This document shows, in pieces, positions 49,704-61,149 of a stretch of 64,000 nucleotides of DNA (positions are counted from its first letter, which is position 1; each line of letters begins with the position of its first letter). The position numbers and the translations under genes are program-made. The notes beneath the pieces were generated by a model that saw only the letters and a list, made by a program, of their open reading frames with translations, was not told the origin of the DNA and did not search any database. The stretch is taken from the NCBI GenBank assembly GCA_030704615.1, contig CM060734.1:47368001-47432000 (forward strand). The letters run 5' to 3'. This stretch comes from Takakia lepidozioides (Eukaryota > Plantae > Bryophyta).

Positions 49704-52290
49704 GTGCCACTAGTTGTTGGGGACAGTGCCGGTTCGAGCACTAGCGATACTAGTGGATACATGAGACGAGGTATGCGGTTTAGGCCATCTTCACCTCCTG
49801 TGTCTTCTACGGAAGGTTCTGATTCGGATTGTGAATCAGAAGGACTCATACCGGCGGTACAAGTTGTTTCCTTGCCATTGTTGTGGGACACAATGGAGGA
49901 GATGTATGAAGCTACTAAGGGGCCACGAAGGTACTCTGGGGCGGTGGGCACCATCGAGTTGGATGATTTTATCCAAGAGTTTGATAGTTGGTGTGATTTG
50001 CAGCAAATGCGCAATCCACAACTATTTACGCCTTTCATGGCATGGAAAGGGCTGTTTCAGTACCTTGAGGGGCCGCCTATGGATGATTACCATGAGTTCA
50101 GGCGGGGGCATGAGGTTGAGATCGAGGAGTGGAGGATATACTGGTCACCCGACTATGTCTCCATCACTAGGGGCACTAGAGCCACGAGGGCAGTGGCTAC
50201 ACCTACCGCTGCACCGGCAGCTTCAGCAAGCAGCAGTGGGACTAGTGGGACTAGTGGTATAGTAGCTACGACGTCCACCCAAGCCACTACCACACCAGCA
50301 CTAATACCCGTGTCTGCCTTCAACCCTGTTGTGGAGTTCTTCGAAGAGTTGAGAGGGAACTACCAAGGGGTGAGGACAGAGAAGTTGCGGAGCTTGCAAG
50401 AGTTCCAACGGAAGCCGACTGAGAGCTTGAGGGAGGCTTGCACTCACATGAGGCGCTTGATAAATGTAACCCAAGGGGTTACGGAAGCTCAGGCAGTCCA
50501 ATTCTGGTATGGGATATTGGACAAGGAGCTGAGGAGAAGGGTGCGGGATGCAACTCTCCTACAAGCGGCCCAACCCACCTTAGCAAATGTGTTTTTGCTG
50601 GCAGAGCGGATAGAGCTCAACATGGTGGAGGAACGAGTGGTCATGGTGGGATTTGCTAATGAGACACCACGGGGTAGTGGTGCTCCTAGCCAACCACTAC
50701 CTCAACGTGCTCAAGGCAACAAGGGGGTTCAGGTGAAGCTCAGGGAAGGGCAGAGAGGACCTCAGATGCAGGGGTCTCTCCCTTCATTTGTTGGCCAACA
50801 ACAGGCGGAGGTGGTGTGTTGGACATGTGGAGGACTCCATGTCAAGAAAGATTGCCCAGAAAGTGGCAAAGGGCCGGCACAAACACAGCTTGCACAATTG
50901 CAGTGTGGGCATTGTGGCAAGTATGGGCATGGAGATGCCTAGTGTTATGACTTGCACCCTGAGTTAGCGAGGCCAGTTGCAAAGGAACAATGGTGGCTGA
51001 GGGCGAGGTGGAGCACCTCAGAGAGGACGAGGTGCTTAGGCACGAGGTGCAGGATGAGGGCAAGCACAGTATGGCCAAAGATGTGGAGGTTAGGACGTTG
51101 ACCAAGGCATGGCCAACAGGCTTCAGCAGCTAGAGCAAAGGCTTGCTGCCATGGCCACAACTCAAGTGGTACCAGCTCCAAGACCTGAGGGTCCACCTCC
51201 TGTTCCTCCTCAGCAACGTCATCCTGACGGAGGAGAGATGGGAGTTTATGTGTGGGGCAGCACTACCATTAGTGCAGGTGGAGTCTGCTGCAGCCGTCAC
51301 TCGAGGAGCTGCACAAGTTCCTGAGCCACGAGGTGTAGAGGTGGAGTTGGATCCGCAGCGTGGGGAGGCAAGCCGTCAGGCTAGGTTGCCTCAATCATTC
51401 ATTTTGGCGGAGACAGTGTCGACGACATCCATGGCACCTAATTCTCACCCACGGATACCGAGGCGGAGGTTATTGTGTCATTGGGAAGAGCTACACGTGC
51501 AGCACTGACACCTGCTGCCAAGGCTAGTGCAGCTAGTGTGTTGTTGGGGGCGGCCACCTCTGTTTGTCAGGCCCCACTATTCTCGATAACCATGATTACG
51601 ACGCCGGGGGTAAGACCAGCTGTAGTGTTCAGACTAGCAGCAACACTCTGTGAGAGTGGGGAGGTCACTTCATCTTCTGCGGAGTTAGTGGAAGGTGTAG
51701 TGGCAGAGGGATCCTCAGATTTGAGGGTCAAGACTGCCACGGCTGCGCCATGACAAGCTGCAGCTGCCAGGTTGACGGAGCTGCCAGCTAGGCCAGCCTT
51801 TGAGCGCGCCATGGTGACACTTGGAGTTGTCTTGTTAGACAACCAGGATGACATTTTCTCTTTGAGTGGACCGGCAGGCAAGAGGTACCGGCCACTGTGG
51901 GTCTTGTTGGACTCGGGAGCTCAGCCACTGATGTTGGGCAGAGCCGCTATTGCAGGTTTGGGCCTCATGGAGGCAGATATGGAGCCTTGTCCCTTCCAGA
52001 TACAGACATCTCTGGGAGGATCAGAGCAGGCTCGGGGCATGACACGACGTGAGTTGGCCATTAGACTATAGCCGGATCATCCTATAGATGGCTCAGTGAT
52101 GCGAGCCAAGGCCATTGTGACAGACGCGGTCTCTTACGATGTCCTCGTTGGTGAGGCAGTATTGTATCCCATGGGCTTCACCCTGGATTTTTGGGAGGAG
52201 TCAGCATCCTACAGGCCTGGATGGCAGTCAGGGGATGGTCATCGTGTACAGCTCCCTATGACATTCATTGGGGGTGTTGCTGCTGCCTAG
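49704..52290 (+). pseudogene. X copy 2 gag, two zinc knuckles and aspartic protease
   Basis: ORF 49704-50942 (CWTCGGLHVKKDC, CGHCGKYGHGDA*C); 51772-52071 (VLLDSGAQ); 52096-52290 (YDVLVG). Confidence 0.88.
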
Positions 52291-52593
52291 CGGGGCAAGA
52301 TGCCAACACTAGCAGCCTTCACAGCTACAGTTAGTTGGCCTGGAGAGTTGTTGGAGGGCAATGCCCAAGCAAAGGATGTGCCACCTCCAGCAGAGCAAGA
52401 TGACATGCATGGTACGGTGGAGTTGCCTGCCATGGTTGCTCACACTCCATTGTGGGGTACGAGCAAGGATTTGCAGCAGACTGCTGATAGACGTGTGCAA
52501 CAAGCCTGGGTAGAGGCCTTTGTACCGTCAAGAGAGGAGGAGAGTGCGGGGATTGCACCATGATCACCTCAGTTGTCTCCATTGGACACCACA

Positions 52594-53545
52594 GGCATTT
52601 GTCTTCTGGACTTGTTTGGCGGGATCAGCACCGGATTGGCTGCTGTATTGCAGGTAAGTGTACAAGTTTGGCGTTACCTGTATGTGGAGAGGGATGAGAC
52701 TGCACAACACGTTTCACTTTGCCATGTTGCTCAGTTGGTGCAACAGTACCCTGAGTTGTTGCCGGTGTCGGCAGTTCGTGGATATCAGCAGGCCTTGACA
52801 GTAGACATTTCGTTGCTGGGGGCGCAGGACTTGGAGCGGGTTGGCTCCATTGATCTGGTAGTGGCAGGTTGGCCCTGCCAAGAGCATTCATCAGCCGGGC
52901 ATGGAATGGATTGCGAGACTCGAGGTCGGGTCTGTTTTGGGAAATGGTGCGGGTTTTGCGCCACTTGCAGCCAAGCTGTATCTCCAGCATACATCTTGGA
53001 GAATGTGCCACTGATGGGCGATTCTCGGGCCAGGGTGATGGCCAGTGTGCATCAAGTCCGGTCATGGCTTGGGTCAGTAGTGTTGCTGGATGCAGCTGTA
53101 GTGGGGTCACGGGCTCATCGTCCACGGCTATGGTGGACTAACTTGATGCCACCCGCACTGCTCAAGCGTGCATTTGATGGGGTGCAGCGGCCAGCACACC
53201 TCACAGTGGATAGCATTTTGGACAAAATGAGGCAGTCTTAGCATGTGAGACACGATGACCGTTTGCCTTTGGCAGTGGTCAACAAGGTGGGTCAACCACA
53301 AGCAGCATTACCTACACTGCTCAGCTTCCCAGGATCGCATGCTTTCCGGGATAGTGGACCTGGCCTCCTGTGGGATGATTAGTTGCAGCAGATAGTGGAG
53401 CCTAATGCTGACGAGCGTGAGCGGGCAATGGTTTTACCACTGGTACCACGGCGGTGCTGTCTCTTTCTGAGGCATCACATCGTCAAGTGTTGGGGCAAGC
53501 AATGGATCTCAATTGCTCGACCTGGATTATCAGCTTGGATATGGC
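52594..53545 (+). pseudogene. Retrotransposon-encoded C5-cytosine DNA methyltransferase (DNMT3-like), disrupted by stops and frameshifts
   Basis: Motif I LDLFGGISTG, II YVERD, III DI, IV DLVVAGWPCQ (catalytic Cys 52876-52878), V GLRDSRSGLFWEMVRVL (alternate frame), VI ILENV, VIII AHRPRLWWTNL, IX ERERAM(G)F and X RQVLGQAMD. Intronless and in the same frame as the protease. Confidence 0.92.
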
Positions 53546-53704
53546 TGAGCAACGCAAAGTGCGGAGTCCACTTCCCTCGATGGTCTCTCTGCCTACCGAG
53601 ACGGTACATACAGTGAATGGGGGCGAGCATGAGAGGACCACGGGGTGCAGACATCCATGGCACACGTGGGAGATGCTCGAGGTTCAGAGGGAGTTGGCAG
53701 CCAG

Positions 53705-53888
53705 GGCGGCGGTGATGGATGAGGTTGGGGATTTTTCTCGGGTTGAGGAAGTCCTTGAGGATGAGATGATGGGGCAGGATGAGGCCTTGTCATTGAGGTG
53801 GCGGTGATGGATGAGGTTGGGGATTTTTCTCGAGTTGAGGAAGTCCTCGAGGATGAGATGATGGGGTAGGATGAGGCCTTGTCATTGA
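53705..53888 (+). repeat. ~91-bp tandem duplication in the DNMT-RT linker of X copy 2
   Basis: gcggtgatggatgaggttgggg...gccttgtcattga occurs twice here and once in copy 1. Confidence 0.9.
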
Positions 53889-54388
53889 CTGAGCAGGTAG
53901 GGAGTACTGCTCAAGAGGTTGCAACATAGCAACCACTGGACGCGTCCTCTACCTCTAAGCCCACTGGACTTTAAAGTTGCAGTTACGGAGGACAATTAGG
54001 AGCCTGACATTGGACCCATTGTCACCGGAGGAGAGAGACGACGTATACGGCGGTTCCGGAGGGCTTACATGAATTGTTTTGCCTTCAGTTTGAAGGACTT
54101 GGGAGCACTGAAGGGTCAAGAGATTCGTATTGAGTTGGCCACTGATACGCCAAATATTGTGTGTTCCTATTTTGTTTGGAATGGTGATGCATGGTATGGT
54201 TGGCTAGTGTGTAGAATGCATGCTAAGCTTACAAAGTGGGAGAGGTAAATTGGATTAATCGTGTGTTTGTGTAGTGCCGAAATCGGGTGACTCCCACCCA
54301 AGGGGCAAGGGATGCCACAACTTGGATGTTTGTTTCTACAAAATTAACAAGTCGATGAGGACATCGACTCCCTGTTGGTAGGGGTGTG

Positions 54389-55114
54389 TGTCGCGGCCCT
54401 TCGCCTTGAGGGCAGGGGGGTCGGGACATGAGAGGGGTTGCCCCTATGGTGGGGGAAGTGGCGACAATAGATGCGGGGGCTAAAGCACCCTTGAGTGCCC
54501 AAGGCACTCAAGGAGGCGGAGGCGCTCACTAGGTGGAGCTCCGCACATCGGGTTGCGGTGGGAGTGGTTCCACGAGGGGTGGTGGTAGCTTAGTGGGACT
54601 TAGTGGGGGTGGCATATGACTCACCATGGGGGCGAAGACCTTGTGGTGGGAGTCGTGGGGAGTCTTGGGACTCATCACGGTCCAATGGGACCGTGGTGAG
54701 TGGGCCAAGACTCACCGCGACTCATCATCGGGAATCGAGGGTTTTCGTGGTGGTTCGCCATAAAATGGCATGGTTGTTTGTGAAACCCCCGCGGACAGTC
54801 ACAGAAGTATATATAGGGTGTAGTAACCCCGAGAACGGTGCAAGCCCGTTAGTGACCAAAAACTAGTGAGTAAGCGTGCGAGCCGAAAAGCGACCAAGGT
54901 GTGGGGAGCTATTCCGGACTTTCATCGACCAAAGGGAATTTCCACTAGGCCCAAATTGGGAGAGGGTCTTGTGGAGGAGTAAAGGGGGACCTTTATGCCC
55001 CGGTGAGCAGCCGAAGCTCCGAGTTGGCCCGGCGGCCAGTTTGGGAGTTAGGAGCGCGCATCGAACGAGTAACTATGACTTGAAGGGGAGCTTATCGAAG
55101 GGAGGTGCGCGACA
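54389..55114 (+). repeat. Element Z 3' LTR
   Basis: 726-bp direct repeat of 41861-42586. Confidence 0.95.
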
Positions 55115-55119
55115 CTTGT

Positions 55120-55252
55120 CATTGTTGTAAAGATCATCTTGATTCATGTTCACCTACCATGCATTCGGCCACGCCGACCTTGACTTCTTGTCTAGTCTTG
55201 TACATCTAGTCTGATCTCTTGTTTGTATTCTGTCATGTTCTCGTCCTTGACA
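55120..55252 (+). repeat. Element Y 5' LTR, right part (ends TGACA)
   Basis: Aligns with 60465-60597. Confidence 0.9.
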
Positions 55253-55254
55253 GT

Positions 55255-55269
55255 TTGGCGAGACTGAAG
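55255..55269 (+). promoter_or_regulatory. Self-priming primer-binding site of element Y
   Basis: TTGGCGAGACTGAAG is the exact reverse complement of CTTCAGTCTCGCCAA at 41704-41718, which starts 27 nt after the start of the LTR TATA box. Confidence 0.8.
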
Positions 55270-55290
55270 TTTGTTCTTTAGTTAGTTAAG

Positions 55291-58200
55291 ATGGAAGGCA
55301 CATTTGCGGAAATGGTCACCACATTGCAGAGTCTTCAGCTCGAGATGCAAGAACTTTGTACATCTACCGCCCAATTGCAAGCTGATCAGTCTCAAGATCT
55401 TGGCAATGCTCTCCACAATTTGCAACAACAAATTTCAGAGTTAAAGGAGTCGAACAATGGATCTTCAACCATACGAGTCCCTACTGCAACAGCTCCTACT
55501 ACAACGGTTCCTCTTTAACAGATTACGAGAGAACCAAAGATTAACATGCCCGAGAAATTTGATGGGACGAGATCAAGATTTCGCGGTTTTGTTCAACAAG
55601 TATGACTGTTCCTACGACTACATCCACAACGTTATCCCGATGAAGGTATTCAAGTGGGATTCATGGGCACCCTTCTGTCAGGCACTGCCCTATCTTGGTT
55701 TGCACCGCTATTATAAAAAAAATCGCATTTACTATACAATTTTGAAGCATTCATGTCCAAGTTCACTGCAACGTTTGAAGAAACTGATAGAAAGAAAGTT
55801 GCAGAAACAAAGATGCGAAATCTTCGAGAAGACACGTCCTGCTTCCGTTTATGCTGCCGAATTTTGACAACTTGCGTGCGACCTCGACTGGAATGAGAAG
55901 AGCCTCATTAGTCAGTTTCGATGTGGGCTAAAAGATGATGTAAAAGATTTGTTGCTGACAATGCCAAACGTGAGCACACTGAGTGAATTCATCACCCAAG
56001 TCATTGCATGCGATAATTGTTTGTTTGAAAGACGTCAAGAGAAGCGATCTAGATGGTCGACGACGCATCATGCCACTGCTACTACGACACCAAACACAAC
56101 GATCCATCAGACATCCAGTAGTGATCCTATGCAGATTGATGCTATCCAATTCAAGCCATTGACGCCACAAGAAAAACAAAGACGACGCTCGAATGGATTA
56201 TGCCTCTATTGCGGAGAAGAAGATCACATAGTATTAAACTGCCCCAACAAGAGAAGATTCAAAGCTCGGGGCACAACTCAAGTGTTCGATACGAGGGTCG
56301 GAAAACGAAGATGTCCAGTCACAATAGGGACCATGTGGCTAGACACCACAAATTTCTTACCGAAAAAAAGTCTCTTTCTACCTCCAGACCCTGCACCTTG
56401 CTTCATAGTTCCGGTAAAAATCAAAGTGCAAAATCGAGATATCACTGTACAAGCACTTTTGGACTCAGGAGCTTCAGCTTGTTTTATGGACAAAAATTTT
56501 GCGAAGCAAAACAAGTTAACGCTCGTAAAGAAGAAACTATCGACCCCCGTTGAAGTCATCGATGGACGACCATTAGCATCAAGAAATGTGGACCATGAAA
56601 CTCGACCACTTGAAGTGAAGCTTAAAGATCAAGCATCACATATTGTTTTCAATGTCATCCAGTCTCCAACGAATCTTGTGATCCTTGGACTTCCCTGGTT
56701 TGTACCTCACAATCCCGACATCGACTGCGAAAAATTTCTACAAGACAAAAATGTAGAAATAGCAAAGGTATTCAACCCTTATTCCTTGGAGCTAGAGCTT
56801 TCATGAGAGTTACCAAAAAGGAGGCGGCATTTGCACTTTATGCGACTCTGATCAAGACCACAACAGACAAAGGTACTTCAACATTACCCGCTCAATATCA
56901 AGATTTCAAAGATGTCTTCGAGAAGAAAAATGCAGACATATTGCCAGAACATCGACCTTATGACTGTGCAATTGAGTTTCAAGAAGGAACCCAACCACCA
57001 TTCGGCCCAATCTATAACTTATCCTAGACGGAGTTGGCTGTATTACGTGAATACATTGATGAAAATTTGTCGAAGCACTTCATCCGACATTCAAAATCAC
57101 CCGCGGGGGCGCCTATCTTGTTTGTGGAAAAAAAGGATGGATCATTCCGCATGTGTGTTGACTATCGCGGTCTCAACAAAGTCACAATCAAGAATCGTTA
57201 TCCATTGCCGCTGATTTCTGGGCTTCTCGAACAGTTGGGACGAGCGAAGATTTTCACCAAAATCGACTTGAGATGAGCTTATAACCTTGTACGGATACAA
57301 GAAGGAGACGAATGGAAAACAGCTTTTCGAACAAGGTATGGACATTTTGAATACAGTGTTATGCCTTTCGGTCTTACAAATGCTCCAGCAATTTTCCAAC
57401 ATATGATGAATGACATTTTTCGAGAATTTTTAGATGATTTTGTCATCATCTATTTGGACGACATTTTGATATTTTCACAGAATGAAGAAGAACATGGCTG
57501 CCATGTACGCCTTGTCTTTGATAAATTAAGATAAAAATGACTATATGCCAAGTTGGAAAAATGTCTTTTCCATCAATTTGAGGTCATTCTCGCAAAATTT
57601 TCGCTGCGGAGATCAATTATGAAATCCATGACAAAGAACTTCTAGCGATTATCAATGTTTTTGAGGAGTGGTGACATCTATTGGAGGGAGCTAAACATCA
57701 GGTCACTGTCTATACCGATCACAAAAACCTCGAATATTTTATGAGTGCTCGTGTTTTGAATCGACGTCAAGCGAGATAGAGTATGTCACTAGCAAGGTTT
57801 GATTTTGTTATTACCTACCGTCCCGGACATCTTCAAGGAAAACCAAATGCTCTTTCTCGACGATCGTATTTTGCGCCAAAAGAAGGGGATGCAGCTTTTG
57901 ACCAACAAAAATCCATCATCCTGAAACTAGCAAATCTCCAATTGAATATGCTATCCATGTCCACCTATGACGATGCAGAGATCATAAAGGAGATTCAGGA
58001 AGCACTGAAGAGCGACCATTTTGCTACGACACTATAAAGTCAACTAAATCAACCTCGAGACAACCCACATGTTACAAACGACTTCGAATTCAAAGATGGC
58101 TTACTTTACTTCAAGAGACTTCTCTATGTACCTCCATGACCTACACAACTTCGAATTCTTTAAACATGTCACGATCTTCCGGTTGCAGGACATTTTGGCT

Positions 58201-59436
58201 TCAACAAAACATTGGAGTTGATATCCAGGGACTATTGGTGGCCGCAGATGTGGAAACTCATGAAAGAATTTATAAAATCTTGCGACACGTGTGCTAGAGC
58301 GAAGGGACCATGACATCGACCTTATGGCCTTCTTTGACCATTACCCATTCCCAAAGGTCCATGGTCGTCTGTGTCTATGGATTTTATTACGGACCTTCCA
58401 ATTTCCAAGACCACCGATTCAATCCTTGTTATTGTAGATTGTTTTACGAAAATGACACATTTCATTCCATGTAATAAGACGGTTACCGGCGAGGAAACTG
58501 CAAGACTCTTCCTCAATAATATCTACCGCATTCATGGACTCCCGAAGGACATCGTATCTGATCGAAGAAAACAGTTCATATCAAATTTCTGGAGGGGATT
58601 ATTTCACATATTGGATACTAAGATCAACCTCTCTACAGCTAATCATCCACAGACTGATGGTCAAACCGAACGTGTAAACCAGATTTTGGAGCAGTATCTT
58701 CGCTGTACGATAAATTATCACCAAGATAATTGGACGGACCTTCTGTCATTGGCTGAGTTTGCCTACAACAACACTATACATTCTTGGACCAAGCAAATTT
58801 CATTTTTCTCCAATTATGGTCATCATCCTCGAGCAAACCCTTTCCACATGAAAACTGTTGGAAGCCCTGCTGCAGAAAACCTTGCTACTCATCTTGCTAC
58901 GATTCACAAGGAGCTTATATCCCACCTCGCAGAAGCTCAAAAACAATACAAGGAGTATACAGATCAACGTCGCCAACTCCAACCCCAGTTCAAAGTCGGA
59001 GATCGTGTGTGGCTTCTTCGACGGGACATACAAACCTCGTGACCATCAAAGAAGTTGGATTATCAATGTCTGGGACCATTCAAAATTATTCGACAAATAA
59101 ATCCGGTCAGTTTTCGGCTGGAACTCCCACGAAGTATGCGCATCCATCCAGTCTTTCATGTTTCACTATTGGAGTTGTATCATCCATCGAATATTCCAAG
59201 AAGAGTTTTCCGTACCACCTCCACCAATCGAAGTCAATCAGGAAATTGAGTATGAAGTCGACGAAGTCCTAGACTCTCGCATCAAGTATAAACGTCTTGA
59301 GTATTTCGTATATTGGAAAAGCTACGACATCAGCGAACGAACATGGGAACCTTCATCCAACCTCGTCAATGCCTCTGACAAAGTCCAAGAGTTTCATCAA
59401 CGATATCCAACTAAGCCCCGAGCTACACGTCAATGA
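55291..59436 (+). pseudogene. Element Y gag-pol with C-terminal chromodomain; many stops and a deletion across the RT end / RNase H start near 57585
   Basis: [78 protein letters not shown], and chromodomain EYEVDEVLDSR...YFVYWKSY...TWEP. Confidence 0.92.
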
Positions 59437-59452
59437 GACGTCATAACGATGA

Positions 59453-60597
59453 TGTCAGCCAAGCTAGCTTCAAAGAGAAGACTTCACATTCAATGTACCT
59501 GATACACGCTAAGGAGGGAGGAGCACCACACATCAGTATATATAGCTACACTTCCAGCACTCTTGCGTCTTGTATTGACAGCATGGAGTCACAAGAACCA
59601 GATACATTGGAGTTGTCGCTTACCCAACTACCAGATCAGCCGTTTTGATTCTCACGACCTTCAACATCACGCCGACGCTCACGAGACGATGGGCCACCAA
59701 TGCGACGCGTACTTCCTCGTCTAGACCCCGTACGACAACAAGTGGAGCCTACTCGAAGTCTGATAATTTTGTTGGAGGTTGAGGCTTCGGACCGAGAGGC
59801 AACGAAATTATATTTGAAGGCAGCTTCGAAAATCAGAATGCTCAAATTACTGCGTGGTCCCAAGTTTAAGGTGTTGGACACTATCGATGGTTACAGGGAC
59901 CTATAAATCATTTGAGTCAAGAATGAAGAGCCAAATACTTGGCAAGTACCATTCATCGGATTTTAGATTTTCTCCAACTCTAAGCAAGTCCAAGATTACC
60001 GCTCCTCCAGGTAAATACCAGAAGTTATCAAATTACCATGTTATCAAAAGTTACCATGATTTACCATGATTTACCATTACTTACCAAGTTACCGGGAGTT
60101 TACCAAATTACCAAAAATAACTTGGGAAAATACTCAGGAATTTTCATTTGGAGGAAATTTCTCCATCAAGATATCTCATTTGTTTAAAGAAGCTTCTCCA
60201 TCAAGAAACCTTTGTTTAATCTTGGAAACTTCTCCAGCAAGAAACCTCCATAGGGGAAGCTTCTTGGGGAAGCTTCTTAGTAGCCAGTATATATAGGAGA
60301 CGAGACTAGACACTCTTCAGTTTCGCCAACACAAGTTCAAGTTACTCTTGTTCCAAGTCCAGTACTCCAGTCCAGCTTCTAGTATCCAGTTCAGTTTCCA
60401 GTATCTGGTATTCCAGTCCAGTTTCCAGCATTCCAGTATCCGACCAGTATTTTGTACTCTTGTCCATTGTTATAAAGATCATCTTGATTCATGTTCACCT
60501 ACCATGCATTCGGCCACGCCGACCTTGACTTCTTGTCTAGTCTTGTACCTCTAGTCTGATCTCTTGTTTGTGTTCTGTCACGTTCTCGTCATTGATA
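59453..60597 (+). repeat. Element Y 3' LTR (5' limit uncertain)
   Basis: 60011-60597 matches the rejoined 5' LTR and ends TGATA (decayed TGACA). The start at TGTCA 59453 is a guess. Confidence 0.7.
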
Positions 60598-61100
60598 ATA
60601 TGAACAGTAAGGTCTGATAATGGTTGAGTTGGTGTAGTGAAAGAGATTGGAAGTCCATGGATGAGGAGGATATCAGGGGAGAGTCTTGCTAGGCAGCAGC
60701 AATGGTGTGCCTGACATTTGCATGGTAGAAGCCATGATGAGAGTATTATGTGGTCCGACGGTCTTCTTTGGTATATTCCTACATTGATGAGGTTCAACCA
60801 TGTACACTTAGGATTTGTTTGAGGAGATGTGTGACCCCTTGGTTATGGCGGGTAATGCGGATGCATTGATGAGGTTGAACCATCTAGACTTAGGATATGA
60901 ATGGAAAAGTTTGAGGAGATGTTTGACCCCTTGATTATGGCGGGTAATGCGGAGTCCATGGATTATGGGGTGGGTACAGTGCGGATCCAAACAAATTGCC
61001 TAACATGTGAGTCAATTGCCCAATGAAGGTGGGGGTTATCGAGTGTGGGGTGGCGGAGTGATGTATATAGATAAGTTTAGTTAGTGATGGCTCTTTTCAT
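60598..61100 (-). mobile_element. Non-LTR retrotransposon remnant, 5' part of the RLE domain (may extend to ~61780)
   Basis: CTHPIIHGLRITRHNQGV (RHN motif after a degenerate knuckle), ARLSPDILL (PD motif) and LTVHI; ~85-bp internal tandem duplication at 60782-60952. Confidence 0.72.
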
Positions 61101-61118
61101 ATATTTTGGAAGTGACAA

Positions 61119-61148
<30 letters not shown>
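61119..61148 (+). repeat. Poly-G tract (30 nt)
   Basis: Homopolymer seen directly; a C-rich counterpart lies at 62284-62310. Confidence 0.9.

Positions 61149-61149
<1 letters not shown>

Larger units (their letters stand above)
46978..54153 (+). mobile_element. Family X copy 2 (long 5' non-coding region, gag, PR, complete DNMT domain, RT start), nested in Z and 3' truncated
   Basis: Interrupts the Z chromodomain at a TG; aligns with copy 1; similarity ends at gatacgccaa (54153). No TSD is recoverable. Confidence 0.88.
41861..55114 (+). mobile_element. Ty3/Gypsy chromovirus element Z (Galadriel-like), inserted in the Y 5' LTR
   Basis: Two 726-bp LTRs TGTCGCG...CGCGACA; TSD CTTGT at 41856-41860 and 55115-55119; tRNA-iMet PBS. 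The lineage call rests on RNase H AYESKKLN..ERR..THEKEM.AVVHCL and is tentative. Confidence 0.93.
41382..60597 (+). mobile_element. Ty3/Gypsy chromovirus element Y (Tcn1-like), carrying nested elements Z and X
   Basis: 5-bp TSD ATATG at 41377-41381 and 60598-60602; the 5' LTR is split by Z; internal gag-PR-RT-RH-INT-chromodomain at 55291-59436. Confidence 0.85.

Noticed and set aside
52573-53545. DNMT as a host DNMT3/DRM gene or a bacterial restriction-modification contaminant
   Set aside because: It is intronless, has no N-terminal reader domains, shows canonical (non-permuted) motif order, is in frame with the retroelement protease, and recurs at the same position in a second copy. There is no neighbouring endonuclease or operon.
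56296-56330. -1 frameshift site (G GAA AAC) between Y gag and pol
   Set aside because: Plausible for this lineage, but in this copy gag and protease read in one frame and the two Y copies differ by indels here, so it cannot be supported.
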